A DNA stretch of 21,250 nt from Candidatus Hermodarchaeota archaeon (GCA_016839365.1 JAEOUH010000012.1:1-21250); one strand, 5' to 3'. Positions 8,572 to 17,868 are shown, counted from the first letter of the stretch. Notes: generated from the sequence alone by a model not told the origin. A program made the numbers and translations.

Positions 8572-8732
8572 GAGAATCGCCGTAAGTCCAGGATTTGATT
8601 ACTTGTACCTTTACTGTTTTTCTTTTTTCCGAACATTACAATTAAAGGCTTCATTAATGGGGATTAGCGGACACAAATGAGAAGCAGTTATACTGTCCAA
8701 TTGGGTATTCTAGATATTAGGAGTGTGACATT

Positions 8733-9182
8733 TTGGGGCAATATGATTGGGCGTGCAAAGAAGGCGAATTTCCAACTAAGGATTCGAAATATTTTGAGAA
8801 TATGACGCGTGTTATCTTTCAAGCTGGTCTTAATTGGAAGGTCATCACCATGAAGTGGCCTGATTTCAAAGAGGTTTTTGCTGATTTCAACATTGACAAG
8901 GTGGCCACATATGATGATGCAGACGTGGCTCGATTGATGGAAAATAAGGCAATCATCCGAAATGAAGCAAAAATCAAAGCTACAATTTTGAATGCACAGG
9001 TTTTTCAAGACATTGCCACGGCTCATGGTTCGTTTCAAACTTATCTTAAGGACCTGTTAGCAAACCAGGACCTCAATCGCACCATGAAGATACTACAGAA
9101 ACAATTCAACCGCTTGGGTAAAACGAGTGTACATATCTACCTGTGGAGTGTGGGTGTGAAGGTGCCACACAGAGAACACTAG
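8733..9182 (+). CDS. DNA-3-methyladenine glycosylase I (Tag)-like protein, short form
   Basis: FQAGLNW..I..K...F..F..F....VA....DV.RL.....IIRN..KI.A.I.NA signature. TTG start after AGGAG. Confidence 0.8.
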   Translation: MGQYDWACKEGEFPTKDSKYFENMTRVIFQAGLNWKVITMKWPDFKEVFADFNIDKVATYDDADVARLMENKAIIRNEAKIKATILNAQVFQDIATAHGSFQTYLKDLLANQDLNRTMKILQKQFNRLGKTSVHIYLWSVGVKVPHREH

Positions 9183-9610
9183 TTGGCTGTTTGCAGTTTC
9201 TTCTGATTTTGCAGGTGATCGTCAGCAATACTAGTAAAGGCGTCAGCAGCCTCATCAATGAATCCTACCTTATCACTCGAATCGCGAAAGAAATCATGAA
9301 CCTTTTGCTCCATGCTTAAGGCGAGCAGAATTAACTGATCATCAGGACAGCCTGGCGGACATTCGGTTTTAGATCGGTATTGCTGACTTTGGATACCAGA
9401 TACAGCAGTTTTTTTCTGGTCTAGGGTTAGTTGCTGACGTAGTTGTATGAGTATCTGTATGCGGTTTTGCCCTTGTATAATTAAAGCCTCGAAAAGACTC
9501 TTCAACTCCTGAGTTTGGGTGATGGTGGTTGCTGTTTCATAGAATGCGGCTGCAGAGGCTTCCAGATCGATGGCGAAGTTGAGAATGACATCCACAGTTC
9601 CAAGAGACAT
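9179..9610 (-). CDS. Ferritin/rubrerythrin-like four-helix protein
   Basis: ILNFAIDLE..AAAFYE and LALSMEQ..HDFF repeats typical of rubrerythrin-like folds. ExxH ligands are degenerate. Confidence 0.65.
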   Translation of the reverse strand: MSLGTVDVILNFAIDLEASAAAFYETATTITQTQELKSLFEALIIQGQNRIQILIQLRQQLTLDQKKTAVSGIQSQQYRSKTECPPGCPDDQLILLALSMEQKVHDFFRDSSDKVGFIDEAADAFTSIADDHLQNQKKLQTAN

Positions 9611-9712
9611 AGATGCACATACAAAGACCTCCCTAATTACTCTTTTTTGCAGAATTTCCTCACTACCAAACCCATAAATGGCAAAAAGAAAATGAACACT
9701 TGAAAATGCGAC

Positions 9713-11110
9713 GTGATGAATGTGGATCTAGTGGTTCAAAACGGGACCATTGTGACTTCGGACACGACCTTGCGAGCAGACATTGGCATCGCAGGTGAAC
9801 AAATCACTGTTATCAAGAAGAATCTAAGACCTAGCTCAGAAACACAAGTCGTTGACGCAAAGGGAATGTTCGTGTTTCCGGGGGCGATTGATGCTCATGT
9901 CCATTTCCAGCTCCCGATTGGTGGTACCATCTCTGTTGATGATTTTGAGAACGGCACTAAAGCTGCGGCTATGGGAGGTGTGACGACTGTCATTGATTTT
10001 GCCACTCAAGAAAAGGGGAGATCAATCCAAGAAGCAGTGGAGGCCAGGCGAAAAGAGGCAGATGGAAACGTATGCATCGATTATGGCCTCCATGCAGGCA
10101 TTACTGACTGGAATGATGCAACACGAGGGGAAATTCAACAGATCATCATCAATGGAATCCCTTCCTTCAAGATGTTCATGATTTACCGAGAACGAGGGTT
10201 GATGGCAGATGATGGGATGCTCTTCCAGGGACTTGAAGAAACGAAAAAGCATGGAGGGATGATCAGTGTCCATGCGGAGAGCGCCTTTATTCTTGACATG
10301 CTCATTGAACGGTATGCCAAAGAAATGAAGACACTTGGAGCGTATGCTCACGCCCTATCACGACCAGCCTATACCGAGTCAGAAGCTGTTCATCGGGCCA
10401 TCAAATGGGCAGAAGCAACCGGCGGCCGATTATATATTGTCCACATGTCAGCAGGGGAAAGCGTGCAATACGTTCATGACGCAAGAGCACGAGGAATCGA
10501 CGTATATGCTGAAACCTGCCCACAATACCTGTTGTTAGATGATTCGGTATTCAAGCAGGAAAATGGCCATTATTATGCTAGCTGTCCACAGGTGAAGAAG
10601 AAGACAGACAATGAACGGCTCTGGCAGGGTCTTGAAACCGGTGATGTTCAGGTGGTTGCCACCGATACTTGTACTCTAAACACACAACAAAAGGATACAT
10701 GGGGAGGTGATTTTCGCAAGATCCCTTATGGCTTACCAGGAGTTGAAACCATGCTCCCCTTGATGTATACTGAAGGGGTTGGCAAGCAGCACTTCTCCAT
10801 AAATCATTTGATTGCACTCATCAGTACGAATCCGGCGAAGATCTTTGGTATGTATCCTCAGAAGGGAACTATTGCTCCGGGGAGTGATGCTGACATCGTC
10901 GTGTTTGATCCGAACAAGAAGGTAACATTGCACGCAAATGACCTCCAAACTAAATGTGATTGGAGTCCGTATGAGAACTGGTCCCTGAAAGGGTATCCCA
11001 ACACGACGATTTCCCGTGGAAAGATTATCGTTTCAGGCGGGAAATTCATCGGTGAATGTGGACACGGTCAGTTTCTGAAACGTAAACCAGTCCATCAACT
11101 GGACCTCTAA
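9713..11110 (+). CDS. hydA: Dihydropyrimidinase / D-hydantoinase
   Basis: PGAIDAHVH, GTKAAAMGGVTT, SFKMFM (carbamylated Lys), VHAE, YIVHMS, ETCPQYL, ATD, NPAKIFG.YP.KG.IAPGSDADIVVFDP. Confidence 0.93.
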   Translation: MMNVDLVVQNGTIVTSDTTLRADIGIAGEQITVIKKNLRPSSETQVVDAKGMFVFPGAIDAHVHFQLPIGGTISVDDFENGTKAAAMGGVTTVIDFATQEKGRSIQEAVEARRKEADGNVCIDYGLHAGITDWNDATRGEIQQIIINGIPSFKMFMIYRERGLMADDGMLFQGLEETKKHGGMISVHAESAFILDMLIERYAKEMKTLGAYAHALSRPAYTESEAVHRAIKWAEATGGRLYIVHMSAGESVQYVHDARARGIDVYAETCPQYLLLDDSVFKQENGHYYASCPQVKKKTDNERLWQGLETGDVQVVATDTCTLNTQQKDTWGGDFRKIPYGLPGVETMLPLMYTEGVGKQHFSINHLIALISTNPAKIFGMYPQKGTIAPGSDADIVVFDPNKKVTLHANDLQTKCDWSPYENWSLKGYPNTTISRGKIIVSGGKFIGECGHGQFLKRKPVHQLDL

Positions 11111-11124
11111 GCACTCCTTGGTGA

Positions 11125-11580
11125 TTATTCGTCCGCGTATTTTGCTGCATAGATGGCTTCTTCTTGTCCGGTTTTCGGTTCTATTGACCCTGGTTGCAGT
11201 TGCCGGATTTGGGTAATAGCTGATTCGGGTCGAACACCTTTTCGCAGCACAAGATAGAGGGCTAGTATCATTCCGGTTCGTCCGAGGCCTCCATAACAGT
11301 GAACAAGTGTTGGGAGATTGCTTTGTTGATATGCATCGATTATTTCAAGGGCAGCGGCACGTTGTTCTTGTAAACCAGCAGTGAAATCGGGTATAACAAC
11401 GGTTCTAATTTGCATTCCGAGTTGTTGTGCATGTCGCTGATCATCTGGATCGAATGGATGCAATGATAGTATAGCGCGTATTCCCTGTTTTTGATATAAC
11501 CAATCCAAACAAGGACCAGGATATCCGGATCCCGCCAGCTTTCCCTCTATCAACCAGTAAAAACCACAGGTTTCGTGCAT
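11125..11580 (-). CDS. Dual-specificity (Cys-dependent) protein phosphatase
   Basis: Active-site HCYGGLGRTG (HCX5R) and IPDF general-acid loop. Start ATG 11580, or 11592. Confidence 0.9.
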   Translation of the reverse strand: MHETCGFYWLIEGKLAGSGYPGPCLDWLYQKQGIRAILSLHPFDPDDQRHAQQLGMQIRTVVIPDFTAGLQEQRAAALEIIDAYQQSNLPTLVHCYGGLGRTGMILALYLVLRKGVRPESAITQIRQLQPGSIEPKTGQEEAIYAAKYADE

Positions 11581-11687
11581 ACAAAGCCACAACTTGAAAT
11601 TAATGGCAGAAGGAAGTAAATAGCTTTTTTAGTACTTGGATGCTGCGTAAGCGTATCTTGTGATTAATCTTGTAGACGTGGTTGTAA

Positions 11688-12509
11688 ATGGTTAAGGTCG
11701 CTTTGATGAAGTTTGGAAAGGATGTAATAGCAGCCTTTCAGCAGGCAATCAAACTAATTGGTGGTATTTCTGACCTCAATACGCCAAACCGGGAAGTTCT
11801 GTACAAATTAGGTGTGTTTGACCCGAGACAGAAAGCCTACACAACAGTACCTGTTGCACAAGCTATCATTGAAAGTTTTCCCAAGGCCCCAAAGGTTTGG
11901 TTAATTGAATCTGATAATTACCGGGGAACGGGTACTGAGCGCCTGCAGATTTGGAAAGACCTGTTTTCAGATCGTGTAGAGCCATTCAATCTCTCCGAGG
12001 ATGCAGAAACAAAGACGGTCAAGATTGCAGGAGAGGATATGGAGCTCTCACACCTGTTATTCGAAAATCGCGTATTAATCAGCTCACATACCCTGCGACG
12101 CTATTCAAAGGGGTCAGTAATTAAGAATCTCTTTGGATTGCCCCCGATGAAGAAGAAAGCAGTCTATCACAAGAACTTAGAAGAAGTCGTTCTTGACTTG
12201 TTCAAAGCGGTGGGGGGGATTGACTTGGCGGTAATCGATGGTACCTCGGTCTTTCCATCGCCCGCAGCCAAAGAAGACAAACGAATCTCCTTAAACGTGT
12301 TTCTTGTTGGTCGTGATGCTGTAGCTGTAGATGCCACAGCCTTTGCACTTATGGGTAAGGATCCTAAAAAGATGAAAATGGTTCAGCTCGCCAAGACGCA
12401 GGGTTTAGGAGAAGCGGATTTAGACAATATTGAGATTGTAGGCAATGACTTTGAGGATATCAAAGAAAAAATCAAAGCGGGATATTTAGAAAGAAACATC
12501 CGATATTGA
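11688..12509 (+). CDS. DUF362 domain protein
   Basis: IKLIGG, TTVPV..AII, IKNLFG..P, DLAVIDG, D.VAVDA....LMG.DP, A...GLG motifs. Confidence 0.8.
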   Translation: MVKVALMKFGKDVIAAFQQAIKLIGGISDLNTPNREVLYKLGVFDPRQKAYTTVPVAQAIIESFPKAPKVWLIESDNYRGTGTERLQIWKDLFSDRVEPFNLSEDAETKTVKIAGEDMELSHLLFENRVLISSHTLRRYSKGSVIKNLFGLPPMKKKAVYHKNLEEVVLDLFKAVGGIDLAVIDGTSVFPSPAAKEDKRISLNVFLVGRDAVAVDATAFALMGKDPKKMKMVQLAKTQGLGEADLDNIEIVGNDFEDIKEKIKAGYLERNIRY

Positions 12510-12514
12510 ACGAC

Positions 12515-13651
12515 TTACAGGGATTTCTGAAGAATTTCAAAGGTTTCGGTTATTTGTGGATGCCATTCATGATAAAGTTCAAGCCGTCGTTGATCAGCTT
12601 GTAAGAATTTGGCTATCGCAGGTGATTTGAGTATCTGATTGAGAATGAGAGCCTTATTGAGAAAGGGAATAGAAGCATCGATGGTTGCCTCCCAGATATT
12701 AAGCGCCTCCTCAGCTTGTTGCATAGCCAGCGGAAGGGTGTCGATGGGAAATGGATTCGGAATAAGGTCATCAACGTTTTGTGAGGGATTTAGCCCCATA
12801 ATAATGAGCACTTGTTCAGGGGGCGTGCCTTCAGGTAGAATCGCATACCAAAGCGAAGTCTGTTCGTTAATTAAAACGGAGTAGACCTGTGATCGAAGCT
12901 GCACAAATTTCCGTAGATGATCCGTGCCTTCGAGTAGCTGTTTGACTAGTCGCTGATTCGATTGTAATACGTCTGGAGAATAGGTAGCGATATCTGATGC
13001 TTCGGTGACAAACATGGGCATCACTGAAACCACTTGCGAGATTGTGTCAAGATAACGAGCAAAATGCTGCAGAGTAATAGACGGATCACTGCGGGTATCA
13101 ATTTCTTGCAGAATCGTGGAGAGAGGAACCAAAAAATCGCGACGAGCGTTTGCTTCCCAAGCCATCGCGATTGTGTGAATGTTTATAAAAAAGGATCCTT
13201 TGAATTTCTCAATTAAATTGAACATGCCAGGGGCTGCAGAGATGAGTTGATGAGAGGTGGCGATGAGCCGATCCAGTTCTTGAGCGATATCCTCGAGAAC
13301 CCAGCGAAGGTACTTCTGGTCAAACTGCTTCGTCTGTAGGATTTCTGTTGCAGTGATTTCTCGGTTCTCAAATTGGATGAGTTCGCGTTGAGTTCCACCT
13401 AGATTCTTCAATAATCCTAGTGTGTGATTGACCCATTCTTGTACAAGCTGTGTGTAATCTCGAACATATAAGAGGAGTTGGACCAAGGACTGTAACCATT
13501 CTGTTTCAAGCCGAACAGTCGCATCAGGTTCTTGTAGAATCGATTTGAGTTGGTCTATTTTGTAGATTCCAGAATCAACTTGGAATAGAGCAAGAAGGTA
13601 ATCGCGAACAGTCTCGGAATGTTGGGTGAAGGCTTGGAGAACAGTTGTCAT
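12515..13651 (-). CDS. Hypothetical alpha-helical protein (378 aa)
   Basis: Long uninterrupted ORF, L/Q/E/I-rich amphipathic pattern, no Cys, no recognisable motif. Confidence 0.75.
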   Translation of the reverse strand: MTTVLQAFTQHSETVRDYLLALFQVDSGIYKIDQLKSILQEPDATVRLETEWLQSLVQLLLYVRDYTQLVQEWVNHTLGLLKNLGGTQRELIQFENREITATEILQTKQFDQKYLRWVLEDIAQELDRLIATSHQLISAAPGMFNLIEKFKGSFFINIHTIAMAWEANARRDFLVPLSTILQEIDTRSDPSITLQHFARYLDTISQVVSVMPMFVTEASDIATYSPDVLQSNQRLVKQLLEGTDHLRKFVQLRSQVYSVLINEQTSLWYAILPEGTPPEQVLIIMGLNPSQNVDDLIPNPFPIDTLPLAMQQAEEALNIWEATIDASIPFLNKALILNQILKSPAIAKFLQADQRRLELYHEWHPQITETFEILQKSL

Positions 13652-13775
13652 CCCAATAGTCTTTGAATGTGTATGTAAAGACGTTTCGGAAGCCGTATCA
13701 GAAAATACCTCATAATTAAGAAGACCGCATGCATTATTGCTTAATGCTTAGGGGGTTTTTGTGCTTAATTGAGAC

Positions 13776-15122
13776 ATGCTTAGTGTGAAAACCATTACTA
13801 ATGTGCCTACTAGAGTAGTGCCCCAAAAGAAAAAGCCCCCCAAATCACGACCAAGCCATGAAGAGATTTTTCGCACCATCGAGAATAAGCGAGACAGACT
13901 TATCGCCCTCTTAGGTGACCTCATTCGTATTCCCACCGTGGTCCCACCTGGTAATAATTACGAAGTGATCGTTCAGTATCTCGATTCACAATTCCAGCAC
14001 CTCAATTTTCAAACCGAACGAGTAGTTGTTCCCCCTGAAGCACTTGAGCAGATACCACTTGCTCTTGAAGGCCCCCGAGTAAACCTAGTTGCGCGCCAAC
14101 ACTATAGACAACCAGAAACGGTGACCATTTACGCGCACATGGATGTGGTTCCAGTAGAAGAACCCTGGACGAAAGATCCCTTCAACGCCATCCTCGAAGA
14201 TGGCAAACTATACGGCCGAGGGGCCGTTGACATGAAAGGAAGCATAGCCGCTATGCTCGTCGCCTTCGAGGTTATTCAAGAATTGAATCTCCAACCGAAG
14301 TTCAACATCATCTGTACCCTGTGCACCGATGAGGAAATTGGTATGTACCCGGGCATCTACCATCTCGCAAAAGAGGGATATGTCCAGGGGCATGTCATTA
14401 ACACTGAACTAGGTGGTCAGATGCCACTTATTGTAGCTGGCGTTGCCGGAAACGTGGATGTCACGATTACCACTAGAGGGCGAAGTTGTCATTCAGGCAT
14501 GAACTTCATGGGTGTCAACGCCATCGAGGCCATGGTTCCTATTCTTCATGAAATTTATCGCCTTAAAGAAGAGGTAGAGAAACGAGAATCCAGCATTCCA
14601 GTGGTTCCCCTCTTACGATCTCTAGGGGCGCCTTCAGACAAGGTCACGCCTATGTTCAACATTGATATCATCCGAGGTGGGACGAAGAGTAATATCGTCC
14701 CGGCTTTATGCGAAGTCGTTATTAACCGCCGCTACATTCCAGAGGAAACCTATGAGCAGGTTGTCGATGAAATCGAACAAGCCATCGAGCGAGGTAAAGC
14801 CAAGAGCCGAGCTCTCAATGTAGAAATCACCTTCGCCCATTCCTACCGCCCCTTCAAAGCTGATATATCTAGTAAGTACGCAATGAAAATGCGCGAGGCT
14901 CTCAAGGCTGTTCATAACTATCAAGATGAGGACTTCATTGTCGGAGGCGCTGCGGCATCTACAGATATGGGTTTTATCACACGAGCCTGTGACGTCAAAC
15001 ATGTCATAGGAATGGGTGCGGCATCCTTTGATAACCTCTCAGCACACAAAGCAGATGAATGGGTTCGCCTCGATGACCTCACCAACATGATAAAACAGCT
15101 AGTCCACTACCTCTGCTTCTAG
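13776..15122 (+). CDS. M20 metallopeptidase, ArgE/DapE family
   Basis: YAHMDVVP, LYGRGAVDMKG, DEEIG, GRSCHSG...GVNAI, GG.K.NIVP, AHKADE. Start may be GTG 13818. Confidence 0.92.
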   Translation: MLSVKTITNVPTRVVPQKKKPPKSRPSHEEIFRTIENKRDRLIALLGDLIRIPTVVPPGNNYEVIVQYLDSQFQHLNFQTERVVVPPEALEQIPLALEGPRVNLVARQHYRQPETVTIYAHMDVVPVEEPWTKDPFNAILEDGKLYGRGAVDMKGSIAAMLVAFEVIQELNLQPKFNIICTLCTDEEIGMYPGIYHLAKEGYVQGHVINTELGGQMPLIVAGVAGNVDVTITTRGRSCHSGMNFMGVNAIEAMVPILHEIYRLKEEVEKRESSIPVVPLLRSLGAPSDKVTPMFNIDIIRGGTKSNIVPALCEVVINRRYIPEETYEQVVDEIEQAIERGKAKSRALNVEITFAHSYRPFKADISSKYAMKMREALKAVHNYQDEDFIVGGAAASTDMGFITRACDVKHVIGMGAASFDNLSAHKADEWVRLDDLTNMIKQLVHYLCF

Positions 15123-15243
15123 GTTTGCAATAACTTCTGAAAAAAGTGCGCTCGCTTAGAAGAAACTAGCACAAGTGTTTATTGTCTCTTTGAACACTCA
15201 ACAACACAGGTTGTTACGCTAAGACTAACTTAGTTCCCCATAA

Positions 15244-15259
15244 ATTGAATAAATTCAAT
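15244..15259. promoter_or_regulatory. Palindrome upstream of MBL hydrolase (possible operator)
   Basis: ATTGAAT-AA-ATTCAAT, perfect 7-bp arms, ~65 nt upstream of the ATG at 15323. Confidence 0.35.
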
Positions 15260-15322
15260 AGTCACATTTGCCACATCCGACAACTTATTTCACAAAACTT
15301 AGTACAGTTGAGCCAGATTTAG

Positions 15323-16210
15323 ATGGTAAGAGACTACTTGGAAGCAGTAACTGACCAGCTTTTCCTAGTACATGGTGAAAACGACGGACGGTTTCCACGA
15401 GCCCATTCGATTCTCATAATCGCTGATGAAACCGTGCTGATAGATACGGGTTGTGGAATTTCACGGTTACAGGAACTCATCGAAGCATTTGAGATAGATT
15501 ATATCATCAACTCACATACTCACCCTGACCATTCTGCAGGAAATTGGCTATTTCAGGACCGACGGATTTTCGTGCCCCAAGAAGCCTTCAGTACCAGCGG
15601 AGACCTAGTGGGGCTTTCGAAACGATTCGTAGGAGATGTCCTTGCCCCGATATGGCGTCAATTTGCTCAAACTCATATGGACTTTCAGAACTGTCGTCCC
15701 ACGCATAGTTATAATGGGAGTTCTGAATTTCGGATTGGCGAGATAGTGCTTACTCCGCTTTATACACCAGGACATACCATTGATCACTATTGTTTCTATT
15801 ATGCACAAAAACGGATACTCTTCTCCTTTGATTATGACCTTTCATCATTTCCTTGGTACGGGCATCTGGAGTCTAGCCTGACAGAATTCAGGCAATCAAT
15901 CACGCAGTTGGAGACATTACCTACTGATATGGTCGTATCCTCCCATCGAGGCATCATTACTAAAAATATCAAAGCTGAATGGCAAAACTATTCGCAGCAA
16001 TTGGATGAACGCAACCAGCACATCCTCGAACTTCTCGCAACACCAAAAACCATCGATGAATTAGTAGAAGCGAAGCCTATCTATCGAAAGTTTCCCTACC
16101 AGGAAGTCCTTTTACGATATTGGGAGAAGATTATGATCCGCTTCCACCTTGAAGAATTAAAAGCTGCGGGAAAAGTGGAACAGCAAGGCGAGGTATATTT
16201 TCTTCAATAA
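15323..16210 (+). CDS. Metallo-beta-lactamase-fold hydrolase with C-terminal wHTH-like region
   Basis: LIDTG, SHTHPDH (HxHxDH), TPGHT, SSH. Confidence 0.9.
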   Translation: MVRDYLEAVTDQLFLVHGENDGRFPRAHSILIIADETVLIDTGCGISRLQELIEAFEIDYIINSHTHPDHSAGNWLFQDRRIFVPQEAFSTSGDLVGLSKRFVGDVLAPIWRQFAQTHMDFQNCRPTHSYNGSSEFRIGEIVLTPLYTPGHTIDHYCFYYAQKRILFSFDYDLSSFPWYGHLESSLTEFRQSITQLETLPTDMVVSSHRGIITKNIKAEWQNYSQQLDERNQHILELLATPKTIDELVEAKPIYRKFPYQEVLLRYWEKIMIRFHLEELKAAGKVEQQGEVYFLQ

Positions 16211-16270
16211 AAAAGAAGTTAGGGGAGAAGTAGAATCCCCTCCAATTGTATCAGGCCTGTGAGGGATTCT
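16209..16270 (-). terminator. Structured 3' region / terminator of the small secreted-peptide gene
   Basis: Stem AGGGGA (16221-16226) / TCCCCT (16236-16241), followed on the minus strand by a T-tract. Alternative stem AGAATCCC(C)TC (16232-16242) / GAGGGATTCT (16261-16270). Confidence 0.45.
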
Positions 16271-16288
16271 GTTTTCTATTCATGCATG

Positions 16289-16531
16289 TTAGGCGGGCTC
16301 TATTTGTGGTTCGATTTCATTTGAGGTTGATCCGTCCCATCCAAGAAAGCCAAATTCGAATCCGAAAAATGGTGACGCAGAAGCGGTTACCGGATTCTCT
16401 GTGCTGAAGCTGGCACCAGCAGATACTATTGGATGAATGACAGCGGCACCATATACGGGGAGAGCGACCATTGCAAACAGAAACATTAGCCCAATTCCGA
16501 GCCAGAGGCCTTGCCTTCGTGTTGATTTCAT
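16289..16531 (-). CDS. Small secreted peptide (80 aa) with signal peptide
   Basis: GGAGGG RBS. Basic n-region MKSTRR, hydrophobic h-region, probable cleavage near VYG|AA. The mature part carries FFGFEFGFLGW and an acidic end. Confidence 0.75.
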   Translation of the reverse strand: MKSTRRQGLWLGIGLMFLFAMVALPVYGAAVIHPIVSAGASFSTENPVTASASPFFGFEFGFLGWDGSTSNEIEPQIEPA

Positions 16532-16578
16532 TTGAGAATCCCTCCATTTGGTTGTTGACTAATAGTCCTCAGAATTGA

Positions 16579-16670
16579 ATATCAATTAACGGGAGCCAAT
16601 TCGTACAAATAATTGTAGAAAATGAGCAATGAGCGACTAATTTTGCACTAAAGGGTGTAAAATCCGGTTT
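16579..16670 (-). repeat. Left copy of 92-bp imperfect inverted repeat (promoter/operator module)
   Basis: Ungapped alignment to the reverse complement of 17718-17809 gives 54/92 identities by hand count, including 18/19 at 16579-16597. Confidence 0.8.
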
Positions 16671-16682
16671 CTTCATGCGAAT

Positions 16683-17624
16683 TCATTCAACAGAAGCTTC
16701 AAGAAGAGTATCCAATTGATGTTGTCCTAATCCCCGGAATTTACGGTGAGGAAACATCACCATTGAGTGCACAACAATGCTGTAGGGAGACGTTTTCAAG
16801 TAAGAGTCGATGGCTTCAACTTGATGAAGATTCGCAACAGCAAAGTCTAGAAGCAATGTTGGTTCATCGGTTAGTAAATAGGAGGTCCAATATTCCAAGG
16901 GATACTCTTGTACTAGCCACGCGACCAGCTTTTTAGGTGAGGTATTTTCTGCGTCATAACGGAAGCGGCTTCGAAACTCTATCTGATCACCTGAACTTCG
17001 TAACCATTCAACCGATAACTGAATCATAGAGGATTTTTGGAATTCATGTAAGATCATCCGCACCCGTTTAGCAGACATCTTAGATTGTCGTGCGATATCA
17101 ACGATAGGCATTCGTGGATTTTCTCGGAGGCATCGTAACACGTTCAGCTGCAATGGTGACAGTTGGAAATCTAGTCCTTGAGGCTTGGCAAAGGATTCGG
17201 TGGTTCCATGTGGGTGCATTTCAATAGCCTCATGAATCTCCACATAGGAGACCCCATCAAGGCCCCTGAGAAATTGACCGAAGTTAACCGTACCCATTTT
17301 GCCCCGGACTTCTGCTTCAACATCGTATTTTCCATCCGCTAGACGCGAAACGAGTCGAACAACTGGACTCTCCCCAATCTGGTTGATAAACGTTCGAGTA
17401 TCTTCAGAGCCCATTGTGGTAACTTCGGCGATCACCAAATGTGCACCGAGAACTTCGGGATTCAGTTCAACGATGAATCGCTGAATCACCCCCGAGTCCA
17501 TCAGTTTCTCAACGCGGGTTCTGATGGTTTTACTTGACACTCCAAGTTTCCGGGCTAGCACTCGATAAGATTGCCGGCAATTGCCCTCTAATTCGGCAAT
17601 GATGCCTTTATCAACTAGATCCAC
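16683..17624 (-). CDS. Lrp/AsnC-family regulator with tandemly duplicated wHTH + RAM-like domains
   Basis: MDLVDKGIIAELEGNCRQSY..LA..LGVS..TI..RV..L...GVI..F, and a second HTH LSPLQLNVL..L..NPR..I..IA......KRV. GTG 17624 is preferred as start over 17687. Confidence 0.88.
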   Translation of the reverse strand: MDLVDKGIIAELEGNCRQSYRVLARKLGVSSKTIRTRVEKLMDSGVIQRFIVELNPEVLGAHLVIAEVTTMGSEDTRTFINQIGESPVVRLVSRLADGKYDVEAEVRGKMGTVNFGQFLRGLDGVSYVEIHEAIEMHPHGTTESFAKPQGLDFQLSPLQLNVLRCLRENPRMPIVDIARQSKMSAKRVRMILHEFQKSSMIQLSVEWLRSSGDQIEFRSRFRYDAENTSPKKLVAWLVQEYPLEYWTSYLLTDEPTLLLDFAVANLHQVEAIDSYLKTSPYSIVVHSMVMFPHRKFRGLGQHQLDTLLEASVE

Positions 17625-17717
17625 AGAAGCCCTTCCCTGCCCATATATTACAATCCCTTCCTGTAGAGGTGATATATATGGATTCACTTTTGAGAAAACT
17701 GAGATGTCTGAGACGTT

Positions 17718-17809
17718 AAACTGAATTTTATACCAAATTGTGCAAAATTTTGCAAAAAAGTGGTTGCTATCGTCGATAGTTGCACTACAAGGCTCCCGTT
17801 GATTGATAT
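17718..17809 (+). repeat. Right copy of 92-bp imperfect inverted repeat, containing palindrome TGCAAAATTTTGCA
   Basis: See the left copy. Perfect 14-bp palindrome at 17741-17754. Confidence 0.8.
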
Positions 17810-17868
17810 GCGATCTACCGTTTTATTCAGTTGGTCTTTGAACTCACACAATCGGATGGTGATGAAAA

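Noticed and set aside
9713-15122. Dihydropyrimidinase plus M20 hydrolase as a reductive pyrimidine pathway operon
   Set aside because: They are separated by unrelated genes on both strands, and the M20 looks ArgE/DapE-like rather than carbamoylase-like.
16317-16547. Alternative 76-aa ORF overlapping the peptide gene, and 17831-18121 overlapping the 86-aa ORF
   Set aside because: The competing ORFs have well-spaced RBS motifs (and one has a signal peptide); these do not.
16579-17809. Inverted repeats as transposon/MITE ends carrying lrp
   Set aside because: No target-site duplication in the flanks (AGAATTGA | GCGATCTA), and no transposase or recombinase in the window. Conservation is block-like, as expected for protein-binding sites. 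Kept only as an alternative.
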